A stretch of DNA of 64,000 nucleotides, taken from positions 401,171 through 465,170 of the forward strand of contig JBAOHS010000008.1 of NCBI GenBank assembly GCA_037045295.1. Reading direction: 5' to 3'. Made by a program: the position numbers and the translations under genes. This stretch comes from Ferruginibacter sp. Lineage in GTDB: Bacteria > Bacteroidota > Bacteroidia > Chitinophagales > Chitinophagaceae. Of the stretch, positions 40,901 through 50,780 are shown one piece after another; within the stretch, counting starts at the first letter, position 1, and each line of letters opens with the position of its first letter. The notes below the pieces were generated by a model. It was given only the letters and a program-made list of their open reading frames with translations, searched no databases and was not told the DNA's origin.

Positions 40901-41692
40901 TTATTTTCCTTGCTGATTCAGCGCTTTCATAAATATGCTGAAGGCTTCTCCGGGATCGGCATTTTTCATAAATGTTTCACTGATCATAAAACCTTTGAAA
41001 CCCTTGTTTGAAGCATCCAATATATTCGCCGGATCGGTAATGCCACTACCCGCAACTGTTAGCCTGTTTTCGCTGATGACACCCGACAATTCCTTTGCTT
41101 TTTGTCTGTCGGCTTCAAAGTTGCTGATATTACGGTTATTGATACAGATTACATCTGTTTCGCTGCAGATATATCCTGCTTCATCGGCACTGTGAATTTC
41201 AAGAACCGTTTCCAGCCCAAGTGATTTTGCCTGTGCTGCCAGTTCCTGTAGTGAAGCCGGTGTATGACAGGCTGCAATCAGCACAACTGCATCTGCCCCC
41301 ATTGCTTTACTGGCCACTACCTGGTATGGATCGATAATAAAATCTTCCCTGATCAAAGGAAGGTTTACAGATCTTGCCAATACAATGTCTTCTGTGTTCC
41401 CACCGAAAAAATGATTGTCGGTATACACAAATACGGCACAGGCGCCATGCTTTTCATACGCATTCACCACTTCATCGATTCCAGCTTTCTGGTTGATGAA
41501 TCCTTTTGCCGGCGTCTTTCTTTTAAAACCTGCTATCACTGCCGGCCCAGGGTGGTTTTGTAATGCAGCAACCAGCGACAAACAATTCCGGTCAAAGTAA
41601 GCTGAATCTTCCAGCTCGCTTTGCTCAACCATGAGTTTTCTTACAGCCAACTCTTCCTTCTTGTAAGCAATAATTTTTTCAAGTACGTTCAT
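40901..41692 (-). CDS. trpC: Indole-3-glycerol phosphate synthase-like protein, a probable pseudoenzyme
   Basis: TrpC motifs are recognisable (TD..FFGG, DFIIDPYQV, GADAVVLI, INNRN), but several catalytic residues are substituted. Confidence 0.82.
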   Translation of the reverse strand: MNVLEKIIAYKKEELAVRKLMVEQSELEDSAYFDRNCLSLVAALQNHPGPAVIAGFKRKTPAKGFINQKAGIDEVVNAYEKHGACAVFVYTDNHFFGGNTEDIVLARSVNLPLIREDFIIDPYQVVASKAMGADAVVLIAACHTPASLQELAAQAKSLGLETVLEIHSADEAGYICSETDVICINNRNISNFEADRQKAKELSGVISENRLTVAGSGITDPANILDASNKGFKGFMISETFMKNADPGEAFSIFMKALNQQGK

Positions 41693-41791
41693 TTCCAGGT
41701 AATTTTTATTAAGAAAATCCTGGTATTATTCGGTATAGTGGTTCAGGAAAGATAAGCATATTTCATGCAATAAAAATTCTGCGGAAAAATT

Positions 41792-42373
41792 TTATCTGCC
41801 CTGTTTGAGCCAGTTGCTGAGCATCGTTTCACCATCTGGTGTAAGCACACTCTCGGGATGGAATTGTACGGATTGAAGATCGTAAAACTTATGCTGCATA
41901 GCCATGATATAACCCTGTTCATCGATGGCAGTCACCTGGAAATCCCGGGGCAATGAATCCCCATCTACTACCCAACTGTGATACCTTCCTACAAGCTGGT
42001 TGTTATCAAGATGCTGAAATATATTATTGTTCCGATCAAGAATGCGGATGGGCGTTGCTACGCCATGAAATACGTTTTGAAGATTGATCAGTTTTGCCCC
42101 GAATGCTTCCCCGATTGCCTGGTGGCCAAGGCATACACCCAGTATGGATTTAGTAGCAGCATATTTTCTGATCAATGGAATGAGCAGCCCTGCTTCGGAA
42201 GGAATTCCCGGCCCTGGTGATAGTATGATTTTATCAAAATCGGCTACCTCTTCCAATCTGATCTGGTCATTTAGCCTAACCGTCACTTTTGTATGCAGGA
42301 TTTTTTCAACCAGGTGAACCAGGTTGTAGGTAAATGAGTCGTAGTTATCGAAAACCAGAATTTTTGCAGACAC
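41792..42373 (-). CDS. trpG: Anthranilate/aminodeoxychorismate synthase component II (glutamine amidotransferase; TrpG/PabA). Start is probably the GTG at 42373; the ORF extends to 42454
   Basis: DNYDSFTYNL, SPGPG, GVCLGHQ, GRYHS, QFHPES; the Cys-His-Glu triad is intact. Confidence 0.9.
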   Translation of the reverse strand: MSAKILVFDNYDSFTYNLVHLVEKILHTKVTVRLNDQIRLEEVADFDKIILSPGPGIPSEAGLLIPLIRKYAATKSILGVCLGHQAIGEAFGAKLINLQNVFHGVATPIRILDRNNNIFQHLDNNQLVGRYHSWVVDGDSLPRDFQVTAIDEQGYIMAMQHKFYDLQSVQFHPESVLTPDGETMLSNWLKQGR

Positions 42374-42463
42374 TTGTTTAAATCCCTTTGGCGGGTTTAC
42401 CTTTGAAGAAGCAATTAGGGATCGAAAGTAAATCAAATTTTCAAATCCATTCAATCAATATAA

Positions 42464-42748
42464 ATGCAGATCGAACAGAGAGAAACCGGATCCAAAGGTG
42501 CCTTTTTCATCAATGTAAATGGTGACCAGCTGGCGGAAATGACTTATTCTTTAACTGATTCCGATATACTGATCATAGATCATACGGAGGTGGATGATTC
42601 ATTGCGTGGACAAAATATCGGCATGCAGCTTGTTGAGCATGCAGTGGAATATGCCCGGAAAACAAACCGGAAAATCATTCCGCTCTGTCCTTTTGCAAAA
42701 TCTGTATTCGACCGTAAAAAGGAATTATTTTCAGACGTACTCCGATAA
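42464..42748 (+). CDS. GNAT family N-acetyltransferase (YjdJ-like)
   Basis: IIDHTEVDDSLRGQNIG...IPLCPF. Confidence 0.9.
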   Translation: MQIEQRETGSKGAFFINVNGDQLAEMTYSLTDSDILIIDHTEVDDSLRGQNIGMQLVEHAVEYARKTNRKIIPLCPFAKSVFDRKKELFSDVLR

Positions 42749-42759
42749 AAATCAAGATT

Positions 42760-43395
42760 ATGATCATAACTATTTTTGGCGCTACCGGCACAGTAGGTAA
42801 AGAACTGGTGAAACAGGCATTGTTTAACGGGCACCAGGTAAGGGCTTTCGGCAGAAATGTTTTTACGGCCGGATTTCCCGAAGACAAAAACCTCGAACTC
42901 ATCCAGGGTGCGCTGTTCGATGAAACGCAGGTATTCGATGCCGTTAGTGGAGCAGATGCTGTACTTTCTGCCATTGGTGGTGGCTTCGACGGAACCGACA
43001 AAGCCCGCTCCCTTGGTATAAAAAACATCATTGAACAAATGGTGAAGGCAGGTGTAAACAGGATTGTTGCATTGGGCGGTTTGGGAACATTGGAAAACGA
43101 AGAAGGTAAACTCATCATGGATCATCCTGAATTTCCTCCTCAATACCTTCCCGTTAGCCGTGAACATTACCAGGCTTTCCAGTTCCTGAAGGCATCTCCG
43201 CTTGCCTGGACCTTTGTTTGTTCACCCGATATTGTAAATGCGGGAGCAACCGGATTATTCGTTACAGCAGCCAATGCAGTACCTCAACCTGATCTCGGTA
43301 AGATAAATGCCGGTGACCTGGCGTTGTTTATGCTGAAGGAATTATCAGCCAATGAATTTGTACTATCAAAAGTGGGGATTTCTACTACTGAATGA
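42760..43395 (+). CDS. NAD(P)-binding oxidoreductase (SDR/flavin reductase-like)
   Basis: IFGATGTVGK Rossmann motif. Confidence 0.88.
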   Translation: MIITIFGATGTVGKELVKQALFNGHQVRAFGRNVFTAGFPEDKNLELIQGALFDETQVFDAVSGADAVLSAIGGGFDGTDKARSLGIKNIIEQMVKAGVNRIVALGGLGTLENEEGKLIMDHPEFPPQYLPVSREHYQAFQFLKASPLAWTFVCSPDIVNAGATGLFVTAANAVPQPDLGKINAGDLALFMLKELSANEFVLSKVGISTTE

Positions 43396-43474
43396 TTTAA
43401 CAATTGAAACAAGCATTTTAAGATTCGCTTAACAGGATTATTTACAGCTTTGCGCATCTTTATTGCAAGATTGA

Positions 43475-43879
43475 ATGAAAAAAATTTTACTGTCCATATT
43501 GATTGCGGGTCCTTTATTTGCTGCTGCACAGAAGGTAGATAGTATCTATGTGAATCTTTACACCGACAGTTTAAAGAAAGGGACTTATAATTATATCAAT
43601 ATTGATGGACTGATGTCGAATGGAAGGTATCTTCCTTTGGATACCAATCACCTGATCTTCAGCAGTTCTACCGGTAAATTTTATGGCAATAGTTTATTGC
43701 TGGATGCAGATTGCAAAGAAGAAAAAGTAAATATTAAAGTCAGGCTGAAACATTCTGAACTGGTGAAACAGTTTGATGTTTACATCAAGAAGAAACCCGA
43801 TGATGAGCGATTACCAACTGCAGATGAATTGCTCCGGAATATGCAACAAACTCAAAAGAAAAAAAAGAATACGCATTGA
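43475..43879 (+). CDS. Hypothetical exported protein
   Basis: 134-aa ORF with a signal peptide. Confidence 0.7.
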   Translation: MKKILLSILIAGPLFAAAQKVDSIYVNLYTDSLKKGTYNYINIDGLMSNGRYLPLDTNHLIFSSSTGKFYGNSLLLDADCKEEKVNIKVRLKHSELVKQFDVYIKKKPDDERLPTADELLRNMQQTQKKKKNTH

Positions 43880-43902
43880 CGCTGCCTTCGAACTGATAAA
43901 AT

Positions 43903-43931
43903 AAAAAATGCCGGAACTAATCCGGCATTTT
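43903..43931. terminator. Bidirectional terminator
   Basis: AAAATGCCGGA-ACTAA-TCCGGCATTTT between convergent genes. Confidence 0.85.
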
Positions 43932-43951
43932 CATTTATAGCTTAAAATCAA

Positions 43952-44605
43952 TTATGCAAACTTCTTCGCATCTTCCAGGAATTTCGCCAGACCGATATCT
44001 GTCAGCGGATGTTTCAGCAAACCGAGGATAGAATCCAACGGACAGGTACAAACATCAGCACCGGCTTCTGCACATTTGATGATATGATTCGGATTGCGGA
44101 TGGAAGCTGCAAGAATTTCTGTACGGTAACCCTGTACACTGAATATCTGCCTGATCTGGTGAATCAGTTCCATACCATCCCAGCCACTGTCATCAATGCG
44201 ACCAATGAATGGTGAAACATAAGAGGCACCTGCTTTTGCAGCCAATATGGCTTGTCCGGCAGAAAACACCAATGTACAATTGGTACGGATACCATTTACA
44301 GTGAACCATTTGATCGCTTTGATGCCATCTTTGATCATCGGCACTTTTACTACAATATTTTTGTGCATAGCTGCCAGTACTTTTCCTTCGGCAACGATAC
44401 CATCAAAATCGGTTGAAATTACTTCAGCACTGATATCACCATCTACCATTTCGCAGATTGTTTTATAATGCTGCATCACAGCTTCCTGTCCTTTGATGCC
44501 TTCTTTGGCCATCAGGGAAGGATTGGTGGTTACGCCATCCAGGATTCCCAGGTCATTGGCTTCTTTTATCTGAGCAAGATTTGCTGTATCAATAAAAAAT
44601 TTCAT
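43952..44605 (-). CDS. fsa: Transaldolase / fructose-6-phosphate aldolase (TalC/Fsa type)
   Basis: MKFFIDTAN, GVTTNPSL, VVKVP, NCTLVFS, SPFIGRIDD; TACCTTTG promoter at 44659-44666. Confidence 0.93.
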   Translation of the reverse strand: MKFFIDTANLAQIKEANDLGILDGVTTNPSLMAKEGIKGQEAVMQHYKTICEMVDGDISAEVISTDFDGIVAEGKVLAAMHKNIVVKVPMIKDGIKAIKWFTVNGIRTNCTLVFSAGQAILAAKAGASYVSPFIGRIDDSGWDGMELIHQIRQIFSVQGYRTEILAASIRNPNHIIKCAEAGADVCTCPLDSILGLLKHPLTDIGLAKFLEDAKKFA

Positions 44606-44798
44606 AACAGAGTGTATTTTTTTGTAATGGTTTATACAATGGAGAAAATGAATCGCCGCAAAGGTAGCAGGCAAAAACGTAGCCTCCATACTATTGAAGG
44701 GAATTTTTTACAGATTCAGTGCACAATTTGTAATAAGGATGAAAACCAGGCTTATTAAAGCAAGCTTTACAGGCGGGGGAATAGCAGAAATAAAAAAT

Positions 44799-44892
44799 GG
44801 CAAGTTACTTACATCGCACCGCTCAACCATCTACCCTTGCTACCTTCCGGTCCTGGGGGAGTTCAACAGGAGCTGGTCGTATAAGACTTGCC
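44799..44892 (-). ncRNA. ffs: Signal recognition particle RNA (small 4.5S type)
   Basis: Minus strand GGCAAGT...CCAGGACCGGAAGGTAGCAAGGG...ACTTGCC, with the domain-IV GGAA tetraloop motif and a closing terminal stem; TATATTTG promoter at 44897-44904 and a U-tract after the 3' end. Confidence 0.9.
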
Positions 44893-44974
44893 GGTGCAAA
44901 TATAGGTTACCGCTATCAAATATGCTTTCGAATTCTATTTTTTTGTTTAGCAGGAAAAAGTTAAAGAATATGAC

Positions 44975-46267
44975 TTAAAAACTGAATCCAGGGCGATCAT
45001 TGCGGGAATTGATACTGCTGACGCCAATTAACTGATCATTGCGATCGGTGAATGACTTATAGTAAATAAGAATGGTATATGAATTTTCCGTTTCCCAGTA
45101 ATTGCCTTCCAGCTCTGTTGTTCTCCTCGTTGGATCAGCAGGATCCACAGACATATAGGTATAGTTATAATATCCCTGTTTCAGGAATGCAGTGGATTCA
45201 TAACGCCCTTTTTCGGGATTATAATTCATTTTCCACTGATCGGTAAGTTGAAAACCAGTGAATCCACCGGCGAGATAAATTTCTTTATTCGGATACGGGT
45301 TACCGTCGGGCCGGGCAAAATTAAAATGTATGGTCGCATAATCACCTTGCCAGAAAGGATTGATGCTTTCATATGTACTGATATTGTACATCCCGTTCAA
45401 ATCGGGGAAATAGACATATCGCTGCCCTGTTCTGTCTACATCTGTTTTAAGATATAACTCTGTTGTAGACTTTGTATAACGCCCGCTATCAACCCGATCG
45501 CTCTGTAAACGAAAACTCCTCAGGTCAAGCCAACGCCATTCTTTACCACCTGGGAAAGTACCTACATTCTCCATATTATACTCAAGCACGTTTCCGCGAA
45601 CAAAAGTAGGAATGATGTCTTTCTGAGCAATATCCCAGCGGTTGTTCTGAAGGATCACCGCTTTTACCTGTTGTGCAGCGCTGAAACTATTGAGTCCTTT
45701 GATATTAACGGAGAAGCGTAACCGCTGATGCGTATTGAACAATTCGGGTGTAAATGGTTGTACAACGGTGGCTGTAATGGCTGCTTTCTGATCAATCACC
45801 AGCATTTGCCTGGTAAAAACTGTTTTACTGGTATCTCCATCCAGAAAAACTTTCAGGAGATAATTCCCCGATTTTACCGGCTCGCAATTTCGCTCAGGAA
45901 GTATGGCCTGGTAATGAGTATATCGGGTAAATGCGATGGATGAATAACGGTAAGTATTGATGCGGTTTTGCGTAAATCCTTTTAAATAATCAAACGGACT
46001 TAAGTTAACGGGGCGCCAGTTGTAATCGCACAACACATAAGTATAATAGTAATTTTTAACATTTCCTTCCATGTCATCGAACTCCAGTTCAAGGCGGGTA
46101 TTGCCATTGAGGACATATACCGGTAATCCCTGCTGGTTGCCATATTCAAACAACTGTGCCGTTTGAATATATGGTTTAAATACCTGTTCCACGGGCTGTG
46201 CCTTAAGTACAGCTGCCAATTGCATGAAGAATAAAATGGCACAGATGCGTGTGAGAAGAGAATTCAT
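44975..46267 (-). CDS. DUF5103 protein (T9SS translocon plug-like)
   Basis: LELEFDDM...CDYNW...RYTHY...SGNYLL...FPGGKEWRWLDLRS...LKQGYYNY...ETENSY pattern. Confidence 0.75.
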   Translation of the reverse strand: MNSLLTRICAILFFMQLAAVLKAQPVEQVFKPYIQTAQLFEYGNQQGLPVYVLNGNTRLELEFDDMEGNVKNYYYTYVLCDYNWRPVNLSPFDYLKGFTQNRINTYRYSSIAFTRYTHYQAILPERNCEPVKSGNYLLKVFLDGDTSKTVFTRQMLVIDQKAAITATVVQPFTPELFNTHQRLRFSVNIKGLNSFSAAQQVKAVILQNNRWDIAQKDIIPTFVRGNVLEYNMENVGTFPGGKEWRWLDLRSFRLQSDRVDSGRYTKSTTELYLKTDVDRTGQRYVYFPDLNGMYNISTYESINPFWQGDYATIHFNFARPDGNPYPNKEIYLAGGFTGFQLTDQWKMNYNPEKGRYESTAFLKQGYYNYTYMSVDPADPTRRTTELEGNYWETENSYTILIYYKSFTDRNDQLIGVSSINSRNDRPGFSF

Positions 46268-46314
46268 GTAACGTTTTAATTAATTACTTTTGAAAGATAC
46301 CAAAATTATACCGA

Positions 46315-47545
46315 TTGAATGTTCCGTTCTTCATAGCCAAAAGGGTTGCTTTTAAAAACAGGCAGACATTTTCACGCTTCATCATCCGGTTGGCCATTGG
46401 TGCAACAGCGCTGAGTGTAACAGTGATGATTGTGGCATTGAGTTTTGTAAACGGATTTCAACAGGTTATCAGCAATAAGGTTTTCAGTTTCTGGGGACAT
46501 ATCAGGGTACAGCAGAACCTCGATGATAAAGTGAGTGTGGCCGAAGAATTCCCGATCTCCCGTGATTCATCGGTGGAGCGTTACCTGCAATCACTTCCGC
46601 AAACTGTTTCTGTTGAAAGATATGCCACCAAATCGGCCATTCTTAAATTTCAAACCGGCATTGAAAGTGTATTGCTCAAAGGCATCGACAGCAGTTTCAA
46701 CTTTAACCGCTTGCAATCTTTTTTAATAGAGGGCAAATGGCTTTCGTTCAAAGACAGTGGTTACAGCAACGAAATCAATTTAAGCGCCCATACAGCACGA
46801 CAGCTGGATATCAAAACCGGCGATAGTTTACTCGTTTTTTTCTTCCGCCAGGATGGAAGCAGAACTGCACGGCGTTTAACCGTAGCCGGTATATTCAAAA
46901 CCGGTATTGAAGAATATGATAAGAATTTTGCCTTCAGCGATATTAATCTCATCAGGCGGCTTAACAACTGGGAGCCCGATCAGATCGGGGGTTATGAAAT
47001 TTTCCTGAAAGATTACCGGCAGACCGACAGCCTCAATCAAAAGATTTACGACGAGCTACCGCAAAGCTGGTACAGCCGCAGCATACGTGAAATTTATCCG
47101 AATATTTTCGACTGGCTGAGCCTGCAGGGTCAACTCAAAAACATTCTGCTGGTGATCATGATGATCGTGGCGGCAGTAAACCTCGTGACCTGCCTGATCA
47201 TACTCGTTCTTGAACGCACCCGCATGACAGGCATCCTTAAAGCAATTGGTGCTGCTGATTGGGATATACAGAAAGATATTTTTATACCATACTTCTTACA
47301 TCGGCATTACAGGTATTGTTCTGGGAACTTTTTTTGGTTTGCTGATTTGCTGGCTACAGGAAAAAACAGGATTTATTCCATTAAATGAAGAGGCTTATTT
47401 TATGTCGAAAGCGCATGCGCAGGTAATCTGGTGGCAGGTTGTACTGGTAGACCTGGCAACGCTTGCAGCCTGTTTGATTACTTTGATCATTCCTACCCTG
47501 CTGATCAGAAAAGTTTCTCCTGTAAAAGCGATCCAGTTCAGGTAA
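46315..47545 (+). CDS. LolC/E-type ABC transporter permease with one frameshift at about 47272
   Basis: ORFs 46315-47388 and 47246-47545 join if one A is removed from CAGAAAGATA, giving Q-K-I-F-L-Y. Confidence 0.85.
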
Positions 47546-48304
47546 TTAAATTTTGCTGATTTCTTTAAGGCTGAATAAAACAATACCGGTGGCAACAGCT
47601 GCATTCAGCGACTCAGCCTCACCGTAACCCTGGATGGTGATTTTTTCATTCGCGAGTTTCAAAACATCATCAGATATTCCATTGGCTTCATTGCCCATGA
47701 TCAAGATAGCTTCATTGCGTTTCTCCAGTTTATGAACAGGCTTACCTTCCAGTGTGGTCGCCATTATGTTGACAGATTGATGATCCTTTAACCATTTTTC
47801 AATATCTGTATAGATCAGGTTCACCCTGCCCAGGCTTGCCATAGTGCTTTGCACTACTTTGCTGTTGTACATATCTGCCGTATGGGCAGAGCATACGATA
47901 TTGTGAATGCCAAACCAATCGGCAGTCCTGATGATCGTACCTAAATTTCCCGGATCCTGAATTCCATCTAAAACGAGTGTAATATGTTGCTTCAACTCAA
48001 ATGTGGGTTGTGATGCTTTCTTTTCAAACAGGGCTACAACCTGGTTGGGCGTTGTATAGGCGGCGATCCTGCTCAATGCAACCTCATCGATGATTTCAAG
48101 TTTTGCTGAAGCTGCTTTTTTCGTCTCTGCATCGATGTTATCTGCCCAATCTTTCAAAGCATAAATGGCTTTGCAGCTGAAAGCAGCTGAAAGCAATAGT
48201 TCCCGTACAACCTTTGGACCTTCTGCCACAAAGCAGTTGTATTCATCCCTGAATTTTTTGTGCTGTAAACTTTGAATATATTTGATGGTTGGTTTGCTTA
48301 ACAT
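47546..48304 (-). CDS. TrmH/SpoU family RNA methyltransferase
   Basis: LDGIQDPGNLGTIIRTA, MGNEANGIS, ESLNAAVA. Confidence 0.93.
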   Translation of the reverse strand: MLSKPTIKYIQSLQHKKFRDEYNCFVAEGPKVVRELLLSAAFSCKAIYALKDWADNIDAETKKAASAKLEIIDEVALSRIAAYTTPNQVVALFEKKASQPTFELKQHITLVLDGIQDPGNLGTIIRTADWFGIHNIVCSAHTADMYNSKVVQSTMASLGRVNLIYTDIEKWLKDHQSVNIMATTLEGKPVHKLEKRNEAILIMGNEANGISDDVLKLANEKITIQGYGEAESLNAAVATGIVLFSLKEISKI

Positions 48305-48316
48305 CTCCTGAAATTT

Positions 48317-50767
48317 ATGCCCGACAAAAAGATAATGGTGAATAAAATGCTTCGTTTAACGGGATTTGTTATGCTCCTGATGGCCTTGCTCAGTTCCTGT
48401 GGCAAACCATTTGTTTCAAAAGCGCCGAAAGACAAATATTACCATTATCAGAATAACATCGAAATTAAGCAAGGAAATATTACCAAAGCAGAAAAAACAG
48501 CCTTGCTTCAAAGATTGAATGGTCAGCTCGACGACAGTTCCCGCATCCGAACCAAGCGCAGGTGGGTTTTCATTAATACCCTGAAAAAGCCCCTGGTATA
48601 TGACAGCAACTATACTGTTTCCTCGGCAAAAAGCATGCTGGCTTCTCTTTTCCATCTCGGCTATTATCATGCAAGCATCCGGCATTATACAGATAGTAAC
48701 GGAAAAAAAATTACCGTCAACTATGATGTATATCCTGGTAAACAAACATTGATAGATACGGTGAATTACAAATTAAGAAAACCGGATCTTCAGAAACTGG
48801 CCATACAATGGATGCCACAATCTGCGCTGATTAAAAATCAACCGATCACTAAAACAGCTGTGTTGACAGAAATCAACCGATTGGTAGATAGTTTCAGGAA
48901 CAATGGCTATTATAAATTCACTTCTGCCGAATTAAGAGTGCGTGGCGATACTACCATCGAAGCGCTCACTTTTGTAAGTGATGACCCATTTGAACAGTTA
49001 CGCATACTCGCAGAATCTCAACAAAAAAAAGATTCACCAAGGATCAGGCTGCAGGTAGTACTGAATACAACAAACGACAGCAGCAGACTTGAAAAATATT
49101 ATATCAGGCGGATTTACATTTTACCCGACTTCAGGCAAGGTGACAGCAAAAATGATACGACCAATATAACGGTAGAACGTACACGAAGTTTTATTATTCA
49201 GTATCATGAGCAGTTGTATAAAAACAGATTGTATGCCCGGAACATTACATTCAGGCCAGGACAACTGTTCAGGCAGGTTGAATATTACAAAACACTCAAT
49301 AATCTTTCTAAAACCGGTGTGTGGCAAAGTGTAAACATCCAGGTGGAGGAAGTTTTAGATACTCCTAACCTCGTCGACCTCATTGTGGAAATGATCCCTT
49401 CCCGCAAATTTGGTTTCGAAACTGCTTTGGAAGTAAGTTACTCGGCTGCCAGTAATACCAGCAATGTACTGGCGGGAAATCTTTTCGGATTATCGGGCAA
49501 TATATCGTTGCTCAACCGAAACCTGGCCAAAGAAGCCATCCGCATGACACAAAACATCAGGGCGGGTGTTGAACTGAACAGCAATAACAGGGGTTCCGGT
49601 GGGAAACTGATCAACTCCAATGAACTGAGTTATGGCAACACCACTTCATTCCCAAGATTGCTCTTGCCGAAAATTCCCAACTTCTTCAGCAGGAACCGGC
49701 AAACAGCCAATAGTCGCGGAGAAACATTTATCAATCTCGGACTTGCTTATAACAACCGATTGAATCTATTCAATCTGCAATCAGTGAATGCCGGATTTGG
49801 ATGGAGTGCGACCAATAAAAAAGGATGGAAATGGACCTGGACCGGATTAAACATCGGCTTCAGCTATTTATTCAATGAAAGCGATAGTTTCAAAACCATT
49901 CTGAAAGAAAATCCATTCCTGCAGTTTTCATATAATACTGCTTTCGTAACGGGAATGGCTATAGGCTTTTCAAAAAGCATTCCTAATCTCAAACATTCAC
50001 ACAGCCAGCTCAGAGAATTAGGCACTCGTTTTAACCTGGAAGAATCCGGATTAACATGGGGATTGTTGCCTGTATTAAATAAATACAAACGCCGCTATAT
50101 AAAAGCAGATGCAGAATTGAAATACACGGTCTCTTATCCGAAAACAGTACTTGCTTTCCGTGGATTTCTGGGGGTGGGCGTGCCTTTGCTGGGTATCGAT
50201 ACCAATCGAACCCTGCCTTTCTTCAAACAATATTTCAGTGGAGGTAGTAATAGTATGCGTGCCTGGCCGGTAAGGGGTTTAGGACCCGGAGGAAGAGCAT
50301 TGGTACCTTTTTCATCTACCAAAACTATCTTTAATGATCGTACGGGAGATATGCAGTTGGAACTGAATGCAGAATACCGCTATACCATTGCAAGGATAAT
50401 CCCCAATACACTAACATTGAAAGGAGCCTTGTTTGCCGACATCGGTAATATCTGGAACCTGAGAAGTACCAAAGACGGAGGAACGACTGACAGTGCACAG
50501 TTTAAATTTAAAAACCTTTATAGTCAACTAGGTGTTTCAGCAGGAACAGGCCTGCGGCTGGATTTCAGTTATTTTATTCTGCGGCTGGATTTTGGTTTCC
50601 GTTTCAAAAGGCCGGAATTATTCTACGATAACAACGGATGGAAAGCACCTAAAATAGGCTTCGATGATTTGTTTCAGAAATTGTTTACGAGAGGAAAAGA
50701 TGATGAATACCGCCGCTGGAGATATGAGAATTTCAACTTCACCATCGGAATCGGCTATTCGTTCTAG
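48317..50767 (+). CDS. BamA/TamA (Omp85) family outer-membrane lipoprotein, TamL-like
   Basis: Lipobox ALLSSC; YFSGGSNSMRAW, ELNAEYRY and RLDFGF motifs; C-terminal GYSF. Confidence 0.88.
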   Translation: MPDKKIMVNKMLRLTGFVMLLMALLSSCGKPFVSKAPKDKYYHYQNNIEIKQGNITKAEKTALLQRLNGQLDDSSRIRTKRRWVFINTLKKPLVYDSNYTVSSAKSMLASLFHLGYYHASIRHYTDSNGKKITVNYDVYPGKQTLIDTVNYKLRKPDLQKLAIQWMPQSALIKNQPITKTAVLTEINRLVDSFRNNGYYKFTSAELRVRGDTTIEALTFVSDDPFEQLRILAESQQKKDSPRIRLQVVLNTTNDSSRLEKYYIRRIYILPDFRQGDSKNDTTNITVERTRSFIIQYHEQLYKNRLYARNITFRPGQLFRQVEYYKTLNNLSKTGVWQSVNIQVEEVLDTPNLVDLIVEMIPSRKFGFETALEVSYSAASNTSNVLAGNLFGLSGNISLLNRNLAKEAIRMTQNIRAGVELNSNNRGSGGKLINSNELSYGNTTSFPRLLLPKIPNFFSRNRQTANSRGETFINLGLAYNNRLNLFNLQSVNAGFGWSATNKKGWKWTWTGLNIGFSYLFNESDSFKTILKENPFLQFSYNTAFVTGMAIGFSKSIPNLKHSHSQLRELGTRFNLEESGLTWGLLPVLNKYKRRYIKADAELKYTVSYPKTVLAFRGFLGVGVPLLGIDTNRTLPFFKQYFSGGSNSMRAWPVRGLGPGGRALVPFSSTKTIFNDRTGDMQLELNAEYRYTIARIIPNTLTLKGALFADIGNIWNLRSTKDGGTTDSAQFKFKNLYSQLGVSAGTGLRLDFSYFILRLDFGFRFKRPELFYDNNGWKAPKIGFDDLFQKLFTRGKDDEYRRWRYENFNFTIGIGYSF

Positions 50768-50780
50768 TTATCTTAATCAA

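Noticed and set aside
44694-44978. 94-aa plus-strand ORF
   Set aside because: It overlaps the SRP RNA antisense and two promoters, and has no protein features.
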